A program made the translations under genes and the position numbers. From positions 13,609-77,608 of the forward strand of contig DAHUXH010000001.1 in assembly GCA_027307235.1 (NCBI GenBank): a stretch of DNA of 64,000 bases. The letters run 5' to 3'. How positions within the stretch are numbered: the first letter of the stretch is position 1; every line of letters starts with the position of its first letter. The notes under the pieces were generated by a model, which was not told where the DNA came from, ran no database searches, and worked only from the letters and a program-made list of their open reading frames with translations. Shown one piece after another: positions 42,360 through 51,450 of this stretch. This DNA is from Vulcanimicrobiota bacterium. Lineage in GTDB: Bacteria > Vulcanimicrobiota > Vulcanimicrobiia > Vulcanimicrobiales > Vulcanimicrobiaceae.

Positions 42360-44558
42360 ATGGACGCGGTGCGACACCGAAGCTCCGCGCCAGAGATGAA
42401 TCGCCACGACAGCACCCACGACGAAGATATGCGTCGCCGCGCCGCCGCGCAAAGTGCGCTCGAAGAGGTCGGCAGCCGCGCGCGACTGCTCGTCTACATC
42501 GCGAGCGCCCCCGGTGCCGGGAAGACACGCCGTCTGCTCGACGACGCGCAACGCGCCCGGACGGCGGGACGCAACGCGATGATCGGCTGGGTCGAAACCA
42601 AGGATCGTCCGGACCTCGATCGTCTGGCCGCCGACATTCCACGCATACCGCCGCGCATGGTCACCGTCGGCGGCGAGCAGTTCGCAGAATTCGATCTCGA
42701 AGCGGCGATCGCGGCGAAGCCCGACGTGGTCGTGCTCGACGAACTCGCGCACGACAATCTCGCGGGGTCGTCGAATGCGAAACGCTGGCAAGACGCATTG
42801 ACGCTGCGCGAACACGGCATCTCGGTCATGGGCGCATTCAACATCGCACACCTGGAAACGGCCGCGCCGGTCGCGGAGGCGGCGCTCGGCTATCCCGTGC
42901 GCGAAATCGTGCCACTGTCGTTTTTGAAATCCGCCGACGAGGTGATCGCGCTCGACGTCTCCCCTGAACTACTCGAACGCCGTCTGCACTCCGGGAAGAT
43001 CGTACGCGACGAAGACGTCGGCCGCGCGCTGGCGGGATCGTTCAAACCGCAAACGCTCTACGTCTTGCGCCAGTTGCTGCTGCGCACGATCGACGAACTG
43101 ACGATCCCCGCGATCTCCGCCGACGCGGTCTCGACCGCGGCCGCCATCCTTCCCCTGCGCTTCGCCGATCCGTTGCCGTTCTTGCGCCGCACCGCCGCTA
43201 TCGCCAGCGCCCTCGACCTGGGCCTCGAAATCTACTGCGCTCCCGGCGCCTCGATGGATGTGCTCTCCGCGATGGGGCATGACTTGGACGCGGAAGTGTT
43301 GCAAGCGCCGCATGAGCCGCGCGACGAGGACATCGACCGCGTCCGCGCATCGCTGGTCGCGGTACCGCTGTCGAAACTCGCGTCGCGCTGGGCGAACCGG
43401 CGCATCGATCGCGATCTGTTCATCGCCGGCCCAGGGCAGACGTTTCTCTCGCAGCCGCCGCTCTCATCGCAACTCTCCGGCGCACTCGGCGATCGCCTGC
43501 GCATCGGATACGGCAAGTTGACCGTCTATCTCGGCGCCGTAGCCGGATCGGGAAAAACGTATGCGATGCTCGATCGCGGCCATGTCCTCAAGGCCGAGGG
43601 CGCCGACGTCGTCGCCGGATTCATCGAGACACACGGCCGCAAGGAGACGGCTGCGATGCTCGAAGGGCTGGAAGTTCTCCCGCGCAAGCGCATCGTCTCC
43701 GGCACCATCACCTACGAGGAGTTCGATCGCGAAGCGCTGATCGCGCGGCGCCCGAAAGTCGCGCTCATCGACGAACTCGCGCACACCAACGCGCCCGGAT
43801 CGCGTGCAGCCAAACGCTACGAAGACGTGCTCGCGATTCTCCGCGCCGGCATCGACGTGATCACCACCTTGAACGTGCAACATCTCGAAGCCCTGGGTGA
43901 TGCGGTCTTTCGCCTCACCGGGACAGTCGTGCGCGAAACGTTGCCCGACGGCATTCTCGCGCTCGCCGACGAGGTGATCTTGATCGACGTCACGCCGGAG
44001 ACGCTGCGAGAACGACTGCGCGCCGGAAAGATCTACCCGCCCGAGCGCATCGAAGCGGCGCTCTCCAACTTCTTCCGCACCGACAATCTGCGCGCGCTGC
44101 GCGAATTAGCCGTTCGCGAAGCGATGCGCGCGAAAGATCGCGAGCGCGTCTCCGCGCCCTTTGAACGCTTACTGCTGGCCGTCGCCGCACGCAAGAGCGA
44201 TCTTCCGATGATCGCGCGCTGTTCGAAGATCGCCGTGCGCTTGGGAGTCGACTTCGTGGTCGCCAACGTCAGCCCGCCGGACGAGAAACAAGACCCCGGC
44301 GTGGTCGCGGCCTTTGCAGCTCAGACGCAGCGCGCGGGCGGAACCTGGATCAACGAACGCCACGCCGACGTTCCCAAGCGCATCCTGGAGATCGCACGTT
44401 CGCAATCCGAAACAACCGTCGCCGTCGGTGGAACCGTGCGCACACCGCGCTGGCCGCAACCCAACTCCTTCGCACGGCGCCTGCTGGATGCCGGAGCCCG
44501 CGAACTCATCGTCCTAGCCCGCCGCCACGAACACATCGAAACCATCGAAGCCGACTAA
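42360..44558 (+). CDS. Tandem-duplicated KdpD N-terminal sensor (KdpD-N + Usp-like) protein without TM or kinase domains
   Basis: ORF 42300..44558. The start is uncertain (ATG 42300/42360/42396/42429). There are two KdpD-N modules: LLVYIASAPGAGKT...DELAHDN...GISVMGAFNIAHLE and LTVYLGAVAGSGKTYAM...DELAHTNAPGS...GIDVITTLNVQHLE...FFRTDNLRALRELA. Each is followed by a Usp-like segment. Confidence 0.8.
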   Translation: MDAVRHRSSAPEMNRHDSTHDEDMRRRAAAQSALEEVGSRARLLVYIASAPGAGKTRRLLDDAQRARTAGRNAMIGWVETKDRPDLDRLAADIPRIPPRMVTVGGEQFAEFDLEAAIAAKPDVVVLDELAHDNLAGSSNAKRWQDALTLREHGISVMGAFNIAHLETAAPVAEAALGYPVREIVPLSFLKSADEVIALDVSPELLERRLHSGKIVRDEDVGRALAGSFKPQTLYVLRQLLLRTIDELTIPAISADAVSTAAAILPLRFADPLPFLRRTAAIASALDLGLEIYCAPGASMDVLSAMGHDLDAEVLQAPHEPRDEDIDRVRASLVAVPLSKLASRWANRRIDRDLFIAGPGQTFLSQPPLSSQLSGALGDRLRIGYGKLTVYLGAVAGSGKTYAMLDRGHVLKAEGADVVAGFIETHGRKETAAMLEGLEVLPRKRIVSGTITYEEFDREALIARRPKVALIDELAHTNAPGSRAAKRYEDVLAILRAGIDVITTLNVQHLEALGDAVFRLTGTVVRETLPDGILALADEVILIDVTPETLRERLRAGKIYPPERIEAALSNFFRTDNLRALRELAVREAMRAKDRERVSAPFERLLLAVAARKSDLPMIARCSKIAVRLGVDFVVANVSPPDEKQDPGVVAAFAAQTQRAGGTWINERHADVPKRILEIARSQSETTVAVGGTVRTPRWPQPNSFARRLLDAGARELIVLARRHEHIETIEAD

Positions 44559-44561
44559 GAA

Positions 44562-45137
44562 TCAGGGCTTCTTGCCATCCAGGGCTAGGTTGAGTTGCAT
44601 GACGTTTACTCGCGGCTCGCCGAGGAAGCCGAGTTCACGGCCTTGCACGTTCGCGGCGATCACGGCTTTGACCGCGTCGAGCGTGAGCCCGCGTGCCTTC
44701 GCGACGCGCGGTGCTTGCCAATAGGCGCTCTCGGGGCTGATGTCGGGGTCGATGCCGCTGCCGCTCGACGTCACGAGATCCATCGGCGGCGGGCCGACCG
44801 CATCGGGATCGGACTTGCGCAGCGATGCAATCGTCGCTTTCGTCGCGTCGATCAGCTTCTTCGCCGAGGGCGCGAGGTTGGTGGGGCTGGTGTTGGTCGG
44901 ATCGTAGCCCTTCCCGGCAGCCGACGGCCGGCCCCAGAAGTACTGCGGCTTGGTCCACAATTGCCCGATGATGTCCGAGCCGACGACCTTTCCGTTGACC
45001 TCGACGAGCGAGCCGTTCGCCTGTTTGGGGAAGAGCACGTTGGCGATGCCGGTCATCGCGAGCGGGTAGATGAGCCCCAGCAAGACGACCGTGACGATCG
45101 TGATTCGTATCGAAGTGCCGATGTGTCTTAGCATCAT
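44562..45137 (-). CDS. kdpC: K+-transporting ATPase subunit C
   Basis: 191 aa. N-terminal TM, then GLIYPLAMTGIANVLFP..ANGSL...SSGSGIDPDISPESA..Q..RVA.ARGL, the KdpC signatures. Confidence 0.92.
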   Translation of the reverse strand: MMLRHIGTSIRITIVTVVLLGLIYPLAMTGIANVLFPKQANGSLVEVNGKVVGSDIIGQLWTKPQYFWGRPSAAGKGYDPTNTSPTNLAPSAKKLIDATKATIASLRKSDPDAVGPPPMDLVTSSGSGIDPDISPESAYWQAPRVAKARGLTLDAVKAVIAANVQGRELGFLGEPRVNVMQLNLALDGKKP

Positions 45138-45143
45138 TCGTCC

Positions 45144-47210
45144 TTACGTCAAGTGGAGCGCGGCGAGCATCATGTCGATCAGCTTGATGCCGACGAACGG
45201 AATAATGATTCCGCCAACCCCGTAGATCATCACGTTGTTGAACAAGACGGAGTTGGCGCCTCTCGGGGTATATTTCACACCGCGAAGCGCCAGCGGCACC
45301 AACGCGATGATGATCAGCGCATTGAAGATCACCGCTGAGAGAATCGCGCTTTGCGAGGTGGTGAGGCGCATGATGTTGAGTACGCCCATCGCCGGATACG
45401 CGGTCGCGAACATCGCGGGGAGGATCGCGAAGTACTTGGCGACGTCGTTGGCGATCGAAAAGGTGGTGAGCGCGCCGCGTGTCATCAGCAACTGCTTGCC
45501 GATCTCAACCACCTCGATCAGTTTGGTCGGATCCGAATCGAGATCGACCATGTTCGCCGCTTCCTTGGCGGCTTGCGTTCCGGAATTCATCGCCACGCCG
45601 ACATCAGCTTGCGCCAGCGCCGGTGCATCGTTGGTTCCGTCGCCGGTCATCGCTACCAGACGCCCCGAAGCCTGTTCGCGCTTGATGAGGTCCATCTTGG
45701 TTTCGGGGGTCGCCTGCGCCAGGAAGTCGTCGACGCCGGCTTCTTTGGCGATCGCCGCAGCCGTGAGCGGGTTGTCGCCGGTGATCATGACGGTGCGAAT
45801 TCCCATCGCGCGCAAACGCGCGAAGCGCTCCGTCATGTTCGGTTTGAGAATGTCCTTGAGGTAGATCACACCGAGCACGTTCTTGCTGCGCGCCAACAGC
45901 AGCGGCGTTCCGCCCGCGCGAGCGATACGCTCGACTTCGCCTTCGAGTTCGGTGCTCGGCGCGCCGCCCGATTCACGCACCCACGCGAGCACCGCATCGG
46001 GAGCGCCCTTGCGAATCTGCGTACCGTCGGGAAGATCGACGCCGCTCATGCGCGTGTATGCGCTGAAGGGCACGAAGATCGCATCTTTGGGAAGCACGCC
46101 GTCACCCGACACGACGCCGGAGTTCTGCGCGAGCAGGACGATCGAACGGCCTTCGGGCGTCTCGTCAGGCAGCGACGACAGATACGCAGCCAACGCCGCA
46201 TCATTTTTTGCAACCGCCTTGGCGGTGACAATCTCCACGGCTTGCCGATTGCCGAGCGTGATCGTGCCGGTCTTGTCGAGCAACAGCGTGTCGACGTCGC
46301 CGGCGGCTTCAACCGCGCGCCCGCTCATCGCGAGCACGTTGCGCTGCATCACGCGATCCATCCCGGCGATGCCGATTGCCGAGAGCAGTCCGCCGATGGT
46401 CGTCGGAATCAAGCAGACGAGCAGCGCGATCAGCACGGTAACCGTCTGATGCGCGCCCGCATAGACGGAGAACGGTGCGAGCGTGGCGACCGCGATCAAG
46501 AAGATGATCGTCAACCCCGCGAGCAAGATCGAAAGTGCGATCTCGTTGGGCGTCTTCTGCCGCTTCGCGCCTTCGACGAGCGAGATCATGCGGTCGAGAA
46601 AACTCTCTCCCGGATTGGTCGTCACACGAACGACGATCTGATCGGAGAGCACGCGCGTGCCGCCCGTGACCGCGCTGCGGTCTCCGCCCGACTCCCGGAT
46701 GACTGGAGCGGATTCGCCGGTGATCGCCGACTCGTCGATCGTCGCCGCGCCTTTGATGACGTCACCGTCTGCCGGAACGATATCACCCGCATCAACCATC
46801 ACCACGTCGCCCTTGCGAAGCGCGCTCGCGGCGACCGTGCGGACCGTCGTGCCGTCGGGACCAAGCAGTTTCGCCGACGTGTCCGACTTACTGCGACGGA
46901 GAAATTCGGCCTGCGCTTTGCCGCGCCCCTCAGCCATCGCCTCGGCGAAGTTCGCGAAGAGCACCGTGAACCACAGCCAAAGCGAGATCGCGAGATCGAA
47001 ACCGGTTTGCTGGCTGTGCGACGCGAGATCGCGCGCAAAGAAGATGAGCGTGACGAATGCACCAACTTCAACGATGAACATGACCGGGTTGCGCGCCTGC
47101 CACCGCGGATCGAGTTTCGGAAACGAATCCGCGATCGCGCGCGTGATGATGGCGCTATCGAAGAGCGAGCGTGCCTTCGGACGACGCTCCAAACGGCGTT
47201 GTGACAGCAT
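45144..47210 (-). CDS. kdpB: K+-transporting ATPase subunit B (P-type ATPase)
   Basis: Start set at ATG 47210 ([18 protein letters not shown]), one nt after the kdpA stop. [42 protein letters not shown] and [16 protein letters not shown] are present. Confidence 0.93.
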   Translation of the reverse strand: MLSQRRLERRPKARSLFDSAIITRAIADSFPKLDPRWQARNPVMFIVEVGAFVTLIFFARDLASHSQQTGFDLAISLWLWFTVLFANFAEAMAEGRGKAQAEFLRRSKSDTSAKLLGPDGTTVRTVAASALRKGDVVMVDAGDIVPADGDVIKGAATIDESAITGESAPVIRESGGDRSAVTGGTRVLSDQIVVRVTTNPGESFLDRMISLVEGAKRQKTPNEIALSILLAGLTIIFLIAVATLAPFSVYAGAHQTVTVLIALLVCLIPTTIGGLLSAIGIAGMDRVMQRNVLAMSGRAVEAAGDVDTLLLDKTGTITLGNRQAVEIVTAKAVAKNDAALAAYLSSLPDETPEGRSIVLLAQNSGVVSGDGVLPKDAIFVPFSAYTRMSGVDLPDGTQIRKGAPDAVLAWVRESGGAPSTELEGEVERIARAGGTPLLLARSKNVLGVIYLKDILKPNMTERFARLRAMGIRTVMITGDNPLTAAAIAKEAGVDDFLAQATPETKMDLIKREQASGRLVAMTGDGTNDAPALAQADVGVAMNSGTQAAKEAANMVDLDSDPTKLIEVVEIGKQLLMTRGALTTFSIANDVAKYFAILPAMFATAYPAMGVLNIMRLTTSQSAILSAVIFNALIIIALVPLALRGVKYTPRGANSVLFNNVMIYGVGGIIIPFVGIKLIDMMLAALHLT

Positions 47211-47211
47211 G

Positions 47212-48912
47212 CTAGAACGTCTTTCCTTGCAGCACTTGCAGATGTTCAACGATGGGGCCGAGCGAGTCGGCCGGGAGGAATGTCAGCGCACCGACGATGA
47301 TGATCGTACCGAGCAGTAAGCCGACGAAGATCGGCGAGTGGGTCGTGAATGTGCCCGCCCCCATCGGCGACGCCTTCTTACCGGCGAGCGCGCCGGCGAG
47401 TGCGAGCGCCGGGATCGCGACACTAAACCGTCCGAACATCATGTTGACGCCGGTAGCGATGTTGTAGAACAGGTTGGAACCGAGGCCCGCGAATGCACTG
47501 CCGTTGTTGGCATTCGTGGACGTGAAGGCGTAGAGAATCTCGGAGAAGCCGTGAGCGCCGTTGTTGCTCAACGTCGCCAAGCCTTGCGGCACGAGTACCG
47601 CCACCGCGGTCGGGACCAAGCACAGCACCGGAGTCACCAAGACGGCGAGAATCGCAAACTGCACTTCGCGACGCTCGATCTTCTTTCCAAGAAACTCCGG
47701 TGTGCGCCCGACCATCAAACCGGCGATGAACACCGTCAACACGACGAATACGATCATGCCGTAGAGTCCGCTGCCGACGCCGCCGAAGATGATCTCACCC
47801 AGTTGCATGTTGACCAAGGGAACCAAGCCCGCCAGCGGCATGAACGAGTCGAGAGCGGCGTTGACGGCTCCGCACGACGTGTCGGTCGTGACCGTGGCGA
47901 AGAGCGCGGATGCTGCCGCTCCGAATCGAAGCTCTTTTCCTTCGAGGTTTGCTCCGGCTACGCCAAGTTGATGCACCAGCGGGTTGCCGCCCGCCTCACC
48001 CCAATACGCGACGGTGAATCCGATGGCGAAGATCACCGACATGGCAGTGAAGATCGCCCAGCCTTGCCGCGTGTCTTTCACCATCTTGCCGTACATGTAG
48101 ACCAGTCCGGCCGGAATCAGGAAGATCAGCAACATTTCGAAGAAGTTGGAGAACGGCGTCGGATTTTCGTTCGGCGATGCCGAGTTCGCACCGACGAAGC
48201 CGCCGCCGTTGGTTCCCAGTTCCTTGATCACTTCTTGCGAGGCCATCGGACCGCCGGTGATCTGCTGCGAGAAGCCTTCGAGCGACGAGACCGTCTGATA
48301 AGCATGAAGGTTCTGCGGCACGCCTTGCATGACGAGCAGCAAGCCGCCGACGACGGAGATCGGCAACAGCACGTAGAGCGTTGCGCGCGTCAGATCCACC
48401 CAGAAGTTGCCGAGCGTCTTCGCTGACGTTCTCGCGACGCCGCGCACGACCGCCACCGCGATCGCGATGCCGACGGCCGCCGACACGAAGTTATGCCAGG
48501 CAAGTCCAGCCATCTGCGAGAGATAACTCAGCGCGTTTTCGCCGGAGTAGAACTGCCAGTTCGTGTTCGTCAGGAAGCTGACCGCCGTGTTCCATGCCAG
48601 GTCGGGCGCCATCGGCGGCATGTGCTGCGGATTGAACGGCAGCCATTGCTGCGTCCGCAGCAACACGTACAAGTACGCGAAGCCGGCGAGGGAAAATCCG
48701 AGCATCGCCAGCGCGTACGTGTACCATGGCATCTCTTCATCGACGCGCACGCCGCACAAGCGATAGATCAGCTTCTCGATCGGTTCGATCACCGGCGAGA
48801 GCCACGTGCGCCCACCCTCAAAAACGCGCACCAGGTAGAGACCGAGCGGCTTCGTGAGGGCTAAGATGATGAGGAAGTAGATGACTGCTTGCAGCCAACC
48901 GATAGCGGTCAT
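47212..48912 (-). CDS. kdpA: K+-transporting ATPase subunit A
   Basis: 566 aa. [27 protein letters not shown]...TNTNWQ..SGE....LSQM...NF.SAA.G; LGTNGGGF. Typical KdpA selectivity-filter-like segments. Confidence 0.93.
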   Translation of the reverse strand: MTAIGWLQAVIYFLIILALTKPLGLYLVRVFEGGRTWLSPVIEPIEKLIYRLCGVRVDEEMPWYTYALAMLGFSLAGFAYLYVLLRTQQWLPFNPQHMPPMAPDLAWNTAVSFLTNTNWQFYSGENALSYLSQMAGLAWHNFVSAAVGIAIAVAVVRGVARTSAKTLGNFWVDLTRATLYVLLPISVVGGLLLVMQGVPQNLHAYQTVSSLEGFSQQITGGPMASQEVIKELGTNGGGFVGANSASPNENPTPFSNFFEMLLIFLIPAGLVYMYGKMVKDTRQGWAIFTAMSVIFAIGFTVAYWGEAGGNPLVHQLGVAGANLEGKELRFGAAASALFATVTTDTSCGAVNAALDSFMPLAGLVPLVNMQLGEIIFGGVGSGLYGMIVFVVLTVFIAGLMVGRTPEFLGKKIERREVQFAILAVLVTPVLCLVPTAVAVLVPQGLATLSNNGAHGFSEILYAFTSTNANNGSAFAGLGSNLFYNIATGVNMMFGRFSVAIPALALAGALAGKKASPMGAGTFTTHSPIFVGLLLGTIIIVGALTFLPADSLGPIVEHLQVLQGKTF

Positions 48913-48921
48913 GAATCGCTC

Positions 48922-49011
48922 CTAGAACTTCTCTGGACGCAGCATTGCGAACACGAGGTACGCAAGGCCGCTGACAGTGAGCACGATTCCCAGTATGTCG
49001 TCAAACTGCAT
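48922..49011 (-). CDS. kdpF: K+-transporting ATPase subunit F
   Basis: Not in the ORF track as such. The minus strand gives ATG CAG TTT ... = MQFDDILGIVLTVSGLAYLVFAMLRPEKF (29 aa) with the conserved C-terminal RPEKF. GGAG lies between its stop and the kdpA ATG. Confidence 0.85.
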   Translation of the reverse strand: MQFDDILGIVLTVSGLAYLVFAMLRPEKF

Positions 49012-49015
49012 GGCG

Positions 49016-49102
49016 CTACACCTTCTCGCATCCGATGACGTAGAAATCCAAGATCGCAAAACAGGCGATCGACAAGAGCGCGAGGCCGAGTTCGAGCATC
49101 AT
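49016..49102 (-). CDS. 28-aa hydrophobic micro-protein between the porin gene and kdpF
   Basis: MMLELGLALLSIACFAILDFYVIGCEKV. Its ATG overlaps the porin stop (TAATG), and GGGAG lies 11 nt upstream. Its stop is 4 nt before the kdpF ATG. One TM helix. Confidence 0.5.
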   Translation of the reverse strand: MMLELGLALLSIACFAILDFYVIGCEKV

Positions 49103-50286
49103 TAGAATTGCGCTCCCAATTCGAGCAGCGCGCGCGTTTGGGTAGAGTTTTTGCCCGCCGGTCCAAACGTGAGCCCCGGCGTGAAGTTGGTCGCCTGAAC
49201 TCCGGAGAGTTCGGCACGGACGAAGAACGCGTTCATCTTGTAGGCCGGCGTGAACGTCCACGTGGTGGCGCGACTGCCTGGACCGTATCCCAAGAAGTCC
49301 GCATTCGCCGAAGTGTCGGTGGTCCCAGAGTGGTTCGTGAACGACTCGTAGCGCGCGGCCAGCGAATACCGGTCGTTGAACGCGTAGTTCGCGAGCATCA
49401 CCGCGCCGGCCGCGCTCTCGCTGCTCGTGAATCCAAGCGACGCCGCCGCCGGCGAGTGGATGAGAAGCAGATACGGTAGGACCTGCAGTTTTCCGAACTG
49501 CTGCGTGAGCATGAAGTCATACTCGCTCTTGTTCGCGATCGAGGTCGTCACGTTGCCCGGCGTACCTGCGCCCGGCGCGATGAAGGCGAATTGCAAGTTC
49601 GTGTTCGCGCTCGGCATCCAGCCGAGCAGTCCTTCGACCGCGCGGTGGCTTCCGGTGTAATAGCCGTCGTTCGCCTCGAGATTGCCGGTGAACTTCCCTT
49701 GCGTGTAGGTTGCGCGCACGCCGCGGCTGATCGTCGGCTCCGCGTTGAACCCGAGCCCGCGCTGGATGTTCAAATTCTGATAGGTGAACGGGCTCTCTTG
49801 ACCGAGCAGCGCCGCCATCTTGCCGGCAGTCACCGTCAGGCTGGGACTCGCAACATACGAAACGTTCGCCAGCGGTATGTATCCGAAGAGCGTGGAGTTC
49901 GCGCTGTCCTGCGTCGTCGTGTTGAGCGACTGCCCGATGACCGGCAACGCGTACGCGCCGACGGTAACGCTGAACTGCAACGCCCCGGTATTCTTCGTCA
50001 GCGTGGCGAGGGCGTTGCCGATCTCCGTCCGGCTGGTGCGATCGGCACCGGTCGGCGTGTCGAGCGCTCCGACTGCATTGACGTTGTTAGTATGTGCGCT
50101 GTACAGCGAGAATGCGCCGTGCAGCGAGTACGCGGGCGTCGGGGTTGGGTTCGCCGTCGGAGCCGGGCTCGGCGAGGGCGCGGGGGTCTGCGTCTGCGCG
50201 CGCAGTGCGACCGGCGTCAGCGCGGTCATGACAAGAGCCGCCAACAAGAAACGGCGGGAAGCGTGGTATAGCATCCGTTCGAGCAT
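49102..50286 (-). CDS. Outer-membrane porin-like beta-barrel protein, first gene of the kdp transcription unit
   Basis: 394 aa. Signal peptide ...LTPVALRAQ, a Pro/Thr/Ser-rich linker and alternating beta-strand patterns. The C-terminal LLELGAQF ends in Phe. Confidence 0.7.
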   Translation of the reverse strand: MLERMLYHASRRFLLAALVMTALTPVALRAQTQTPAPSPSPAPTANPTPTPAYSLHGAFSLYSAHTNNVNAVGALDTPTGADRTSRTEIGNALATLTKNTGALQFSVTVGAYALPVIGQSLNTTTQDSANSTLFGYIPLANVSYVASPSLTVTAGKMAALLGQESPFTYQNLNIQRGLGFNAEPTISRGVRATYTQGKFTGNLEANDGYYTGSHRAVEGLLGWMPSANTNLQFAFIAPGAGTPGNVTTSIANKSEYDFMLTQQFGKLQVLPYLLLIHSPAAASLGFTSSESAAGAVMLANYAFNDRYSLAARYESFTNHSGTTDTSANADFLGYGPGSRATTWTFTPAYKMNAFFVRAELSGVQATNFTPGLTFGPAGKNSTQTRALLELGAQF

Positions 50287-50338
50287 ACCAGCGACCGCAC
50301 CGGTGTGCTACCCTCCGAACGGATGATCCGAACGGATG
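50272..50338 (-). promoter_or_regulatory. Triplicated 10-12 nt element around the SD and start codon of the porin/kdp unit
   Basis: Minus-strand RNA: CAUCCGUUCGGA-u-CAUCCGUUCGGA-GGGUAGCACACCGGUGCGGUCGCUGGU-AUG-CU-CGAACGGAUG. There are two direct copies upstream (50314-50338 on the plus strand) and one perfect 10-nt inverted copy in codons 2-5 (50272-50281). Confidence 0.45.
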
Positions 50339-50339
50339 G

Positions 50340-51440
50340 TCAGGCGGTCTTTCGACGTGCCGGGATCAGTCGCCGGATGACCAGCGGGATGACGGAACCG
50401 CTTCCCAGCAGTGAGCCGAGCGTCACGGCGAACGTCGCATCGATGATCGCCTCGCGATAGGGAACGCTAGGCGGCAGTGCGAGCGCTAGCGCAAGGCAAA
50501 GCGCGCCGCGCACACCGGCGACGCGCACGACGTCCAGCCATTGGCGCGGAAAGCCGGCGGGCCACAGCAAGCCGCTCACCGCCAAGCGCGAAACGGCGAC
50601 GCCGGCGATCGCTGCGAGCACGAAGACCGGTTGCGCAACGACCACCGAGATGTGCAGCGCAGCGCCCACCAGGAAGAACACGAGGCCATTGGCGACGATG
50701 GCGGCGACGTCCCAAAAACGATTCACATCGTCGGCGATCCGCAAACCAACCCAGGCACGCTCGTACCACCGCAGCGCAATCCCGAACGAGATCACGGTAA
50801 ATATCCCCGACAAGCCGAGCCATTCACCCAGAAAATACGTCGCATAGGCGCACAGCAGCGTCGCCGCGATTTGCAGGCGCGCAGCCGTTCGGCCGTGCAG
50901 CAATGCCGCTACCGCCCATGCGAGTCCCAAACCGAGCACGATGCCGCCGCCTGCTCCCAACAGAGCGAGCGTCATGTGCAACGCGATCGCGCGGCTCGTG
51001 ACGCCGCCGGCTAGCGCCGCCAGCACGCCTCGATACAACACGACGGCAACCGCGTCGTTGAACAGCGCCTCGCTCTCGATGATCGTGGCGAGTGTCTGCG
51101 GCACCTTGAGCCGCCGAAAGATCGCCACCACTGCGATCGGATCGGTCGCGCTCAAGATCGCACCTGCCAGTGCGGCAGACGCGATGGGAATGCCGACGAG
51201 GCCAAGCGCGCCCGCGATGATCGCTGCCGTCAGCACAACCCCCGGTCCGGCTAAGGCTGCAATCGGCAGCCACTGCCGCTTGAGCGCACGGTAGTTCAAG
51301 TTCCACGCGGCCTCGAACACCAGTGGCGGCAAGAACACGTACAGCGTGGCGTGGCCGAACGCATACGTGAGCCGGCCAGGCTCGATACTGCCGAACACGA
51401 TACCCGCCGCGACGATGACGAGAATCGCCCACATCTTCAT
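50340..51440 (-). CDS. Cation:proton antiporter (CPA1/NhaP-like, short)
   Basis: 366 aa, about 10-11 TM. LPPLVFEAAWNLNYRAL...GAILSATDPIAVVAIF...IIESEALFNDAVAVVLY. These are Na_H_Exchanger family motifs. Confidence 0.8.
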   Translation of the reverse strand: MKMWAILVIVAAGIVFGSIEPGRLTYAFGHATLYVFLPPLVFEAAWNLNYRALKRQWLPIAALAGPGVVLTAAIIAGALGLVGIPIASAALAGAILSATDPIAVVAIFRRLKVPQTLATIIESEALFNDAVAVVLYRGVLAALAGGVTSRAIALHMTLALLGAGGGIVLGLGLAWAVAALLHGRTAARLQIAATLLCAYATYFLGEWLGLSGIFTVISFGIALRWYERAWVGLRIADDVNRFWDVAAIVANGLVFFLVGAALHISVVVAQPVFVLAAIAGVAVSRLAVSGLLWPAGFPRQWLDVVRVAGVRGALCLALALALPPSVPYREAIIDATFAVTLGSLLGSGSVIPLVIRRLIPARRKTA

Positions 51441-51450
51441 CGCGCGTTCG

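Noticed and set aside
45351-47204. 617-aa plus-strand ORF
   Set aside because: It is antisense to kdpB, which has unmistakable P-type ATPase motifs. It is a shadow ORF.
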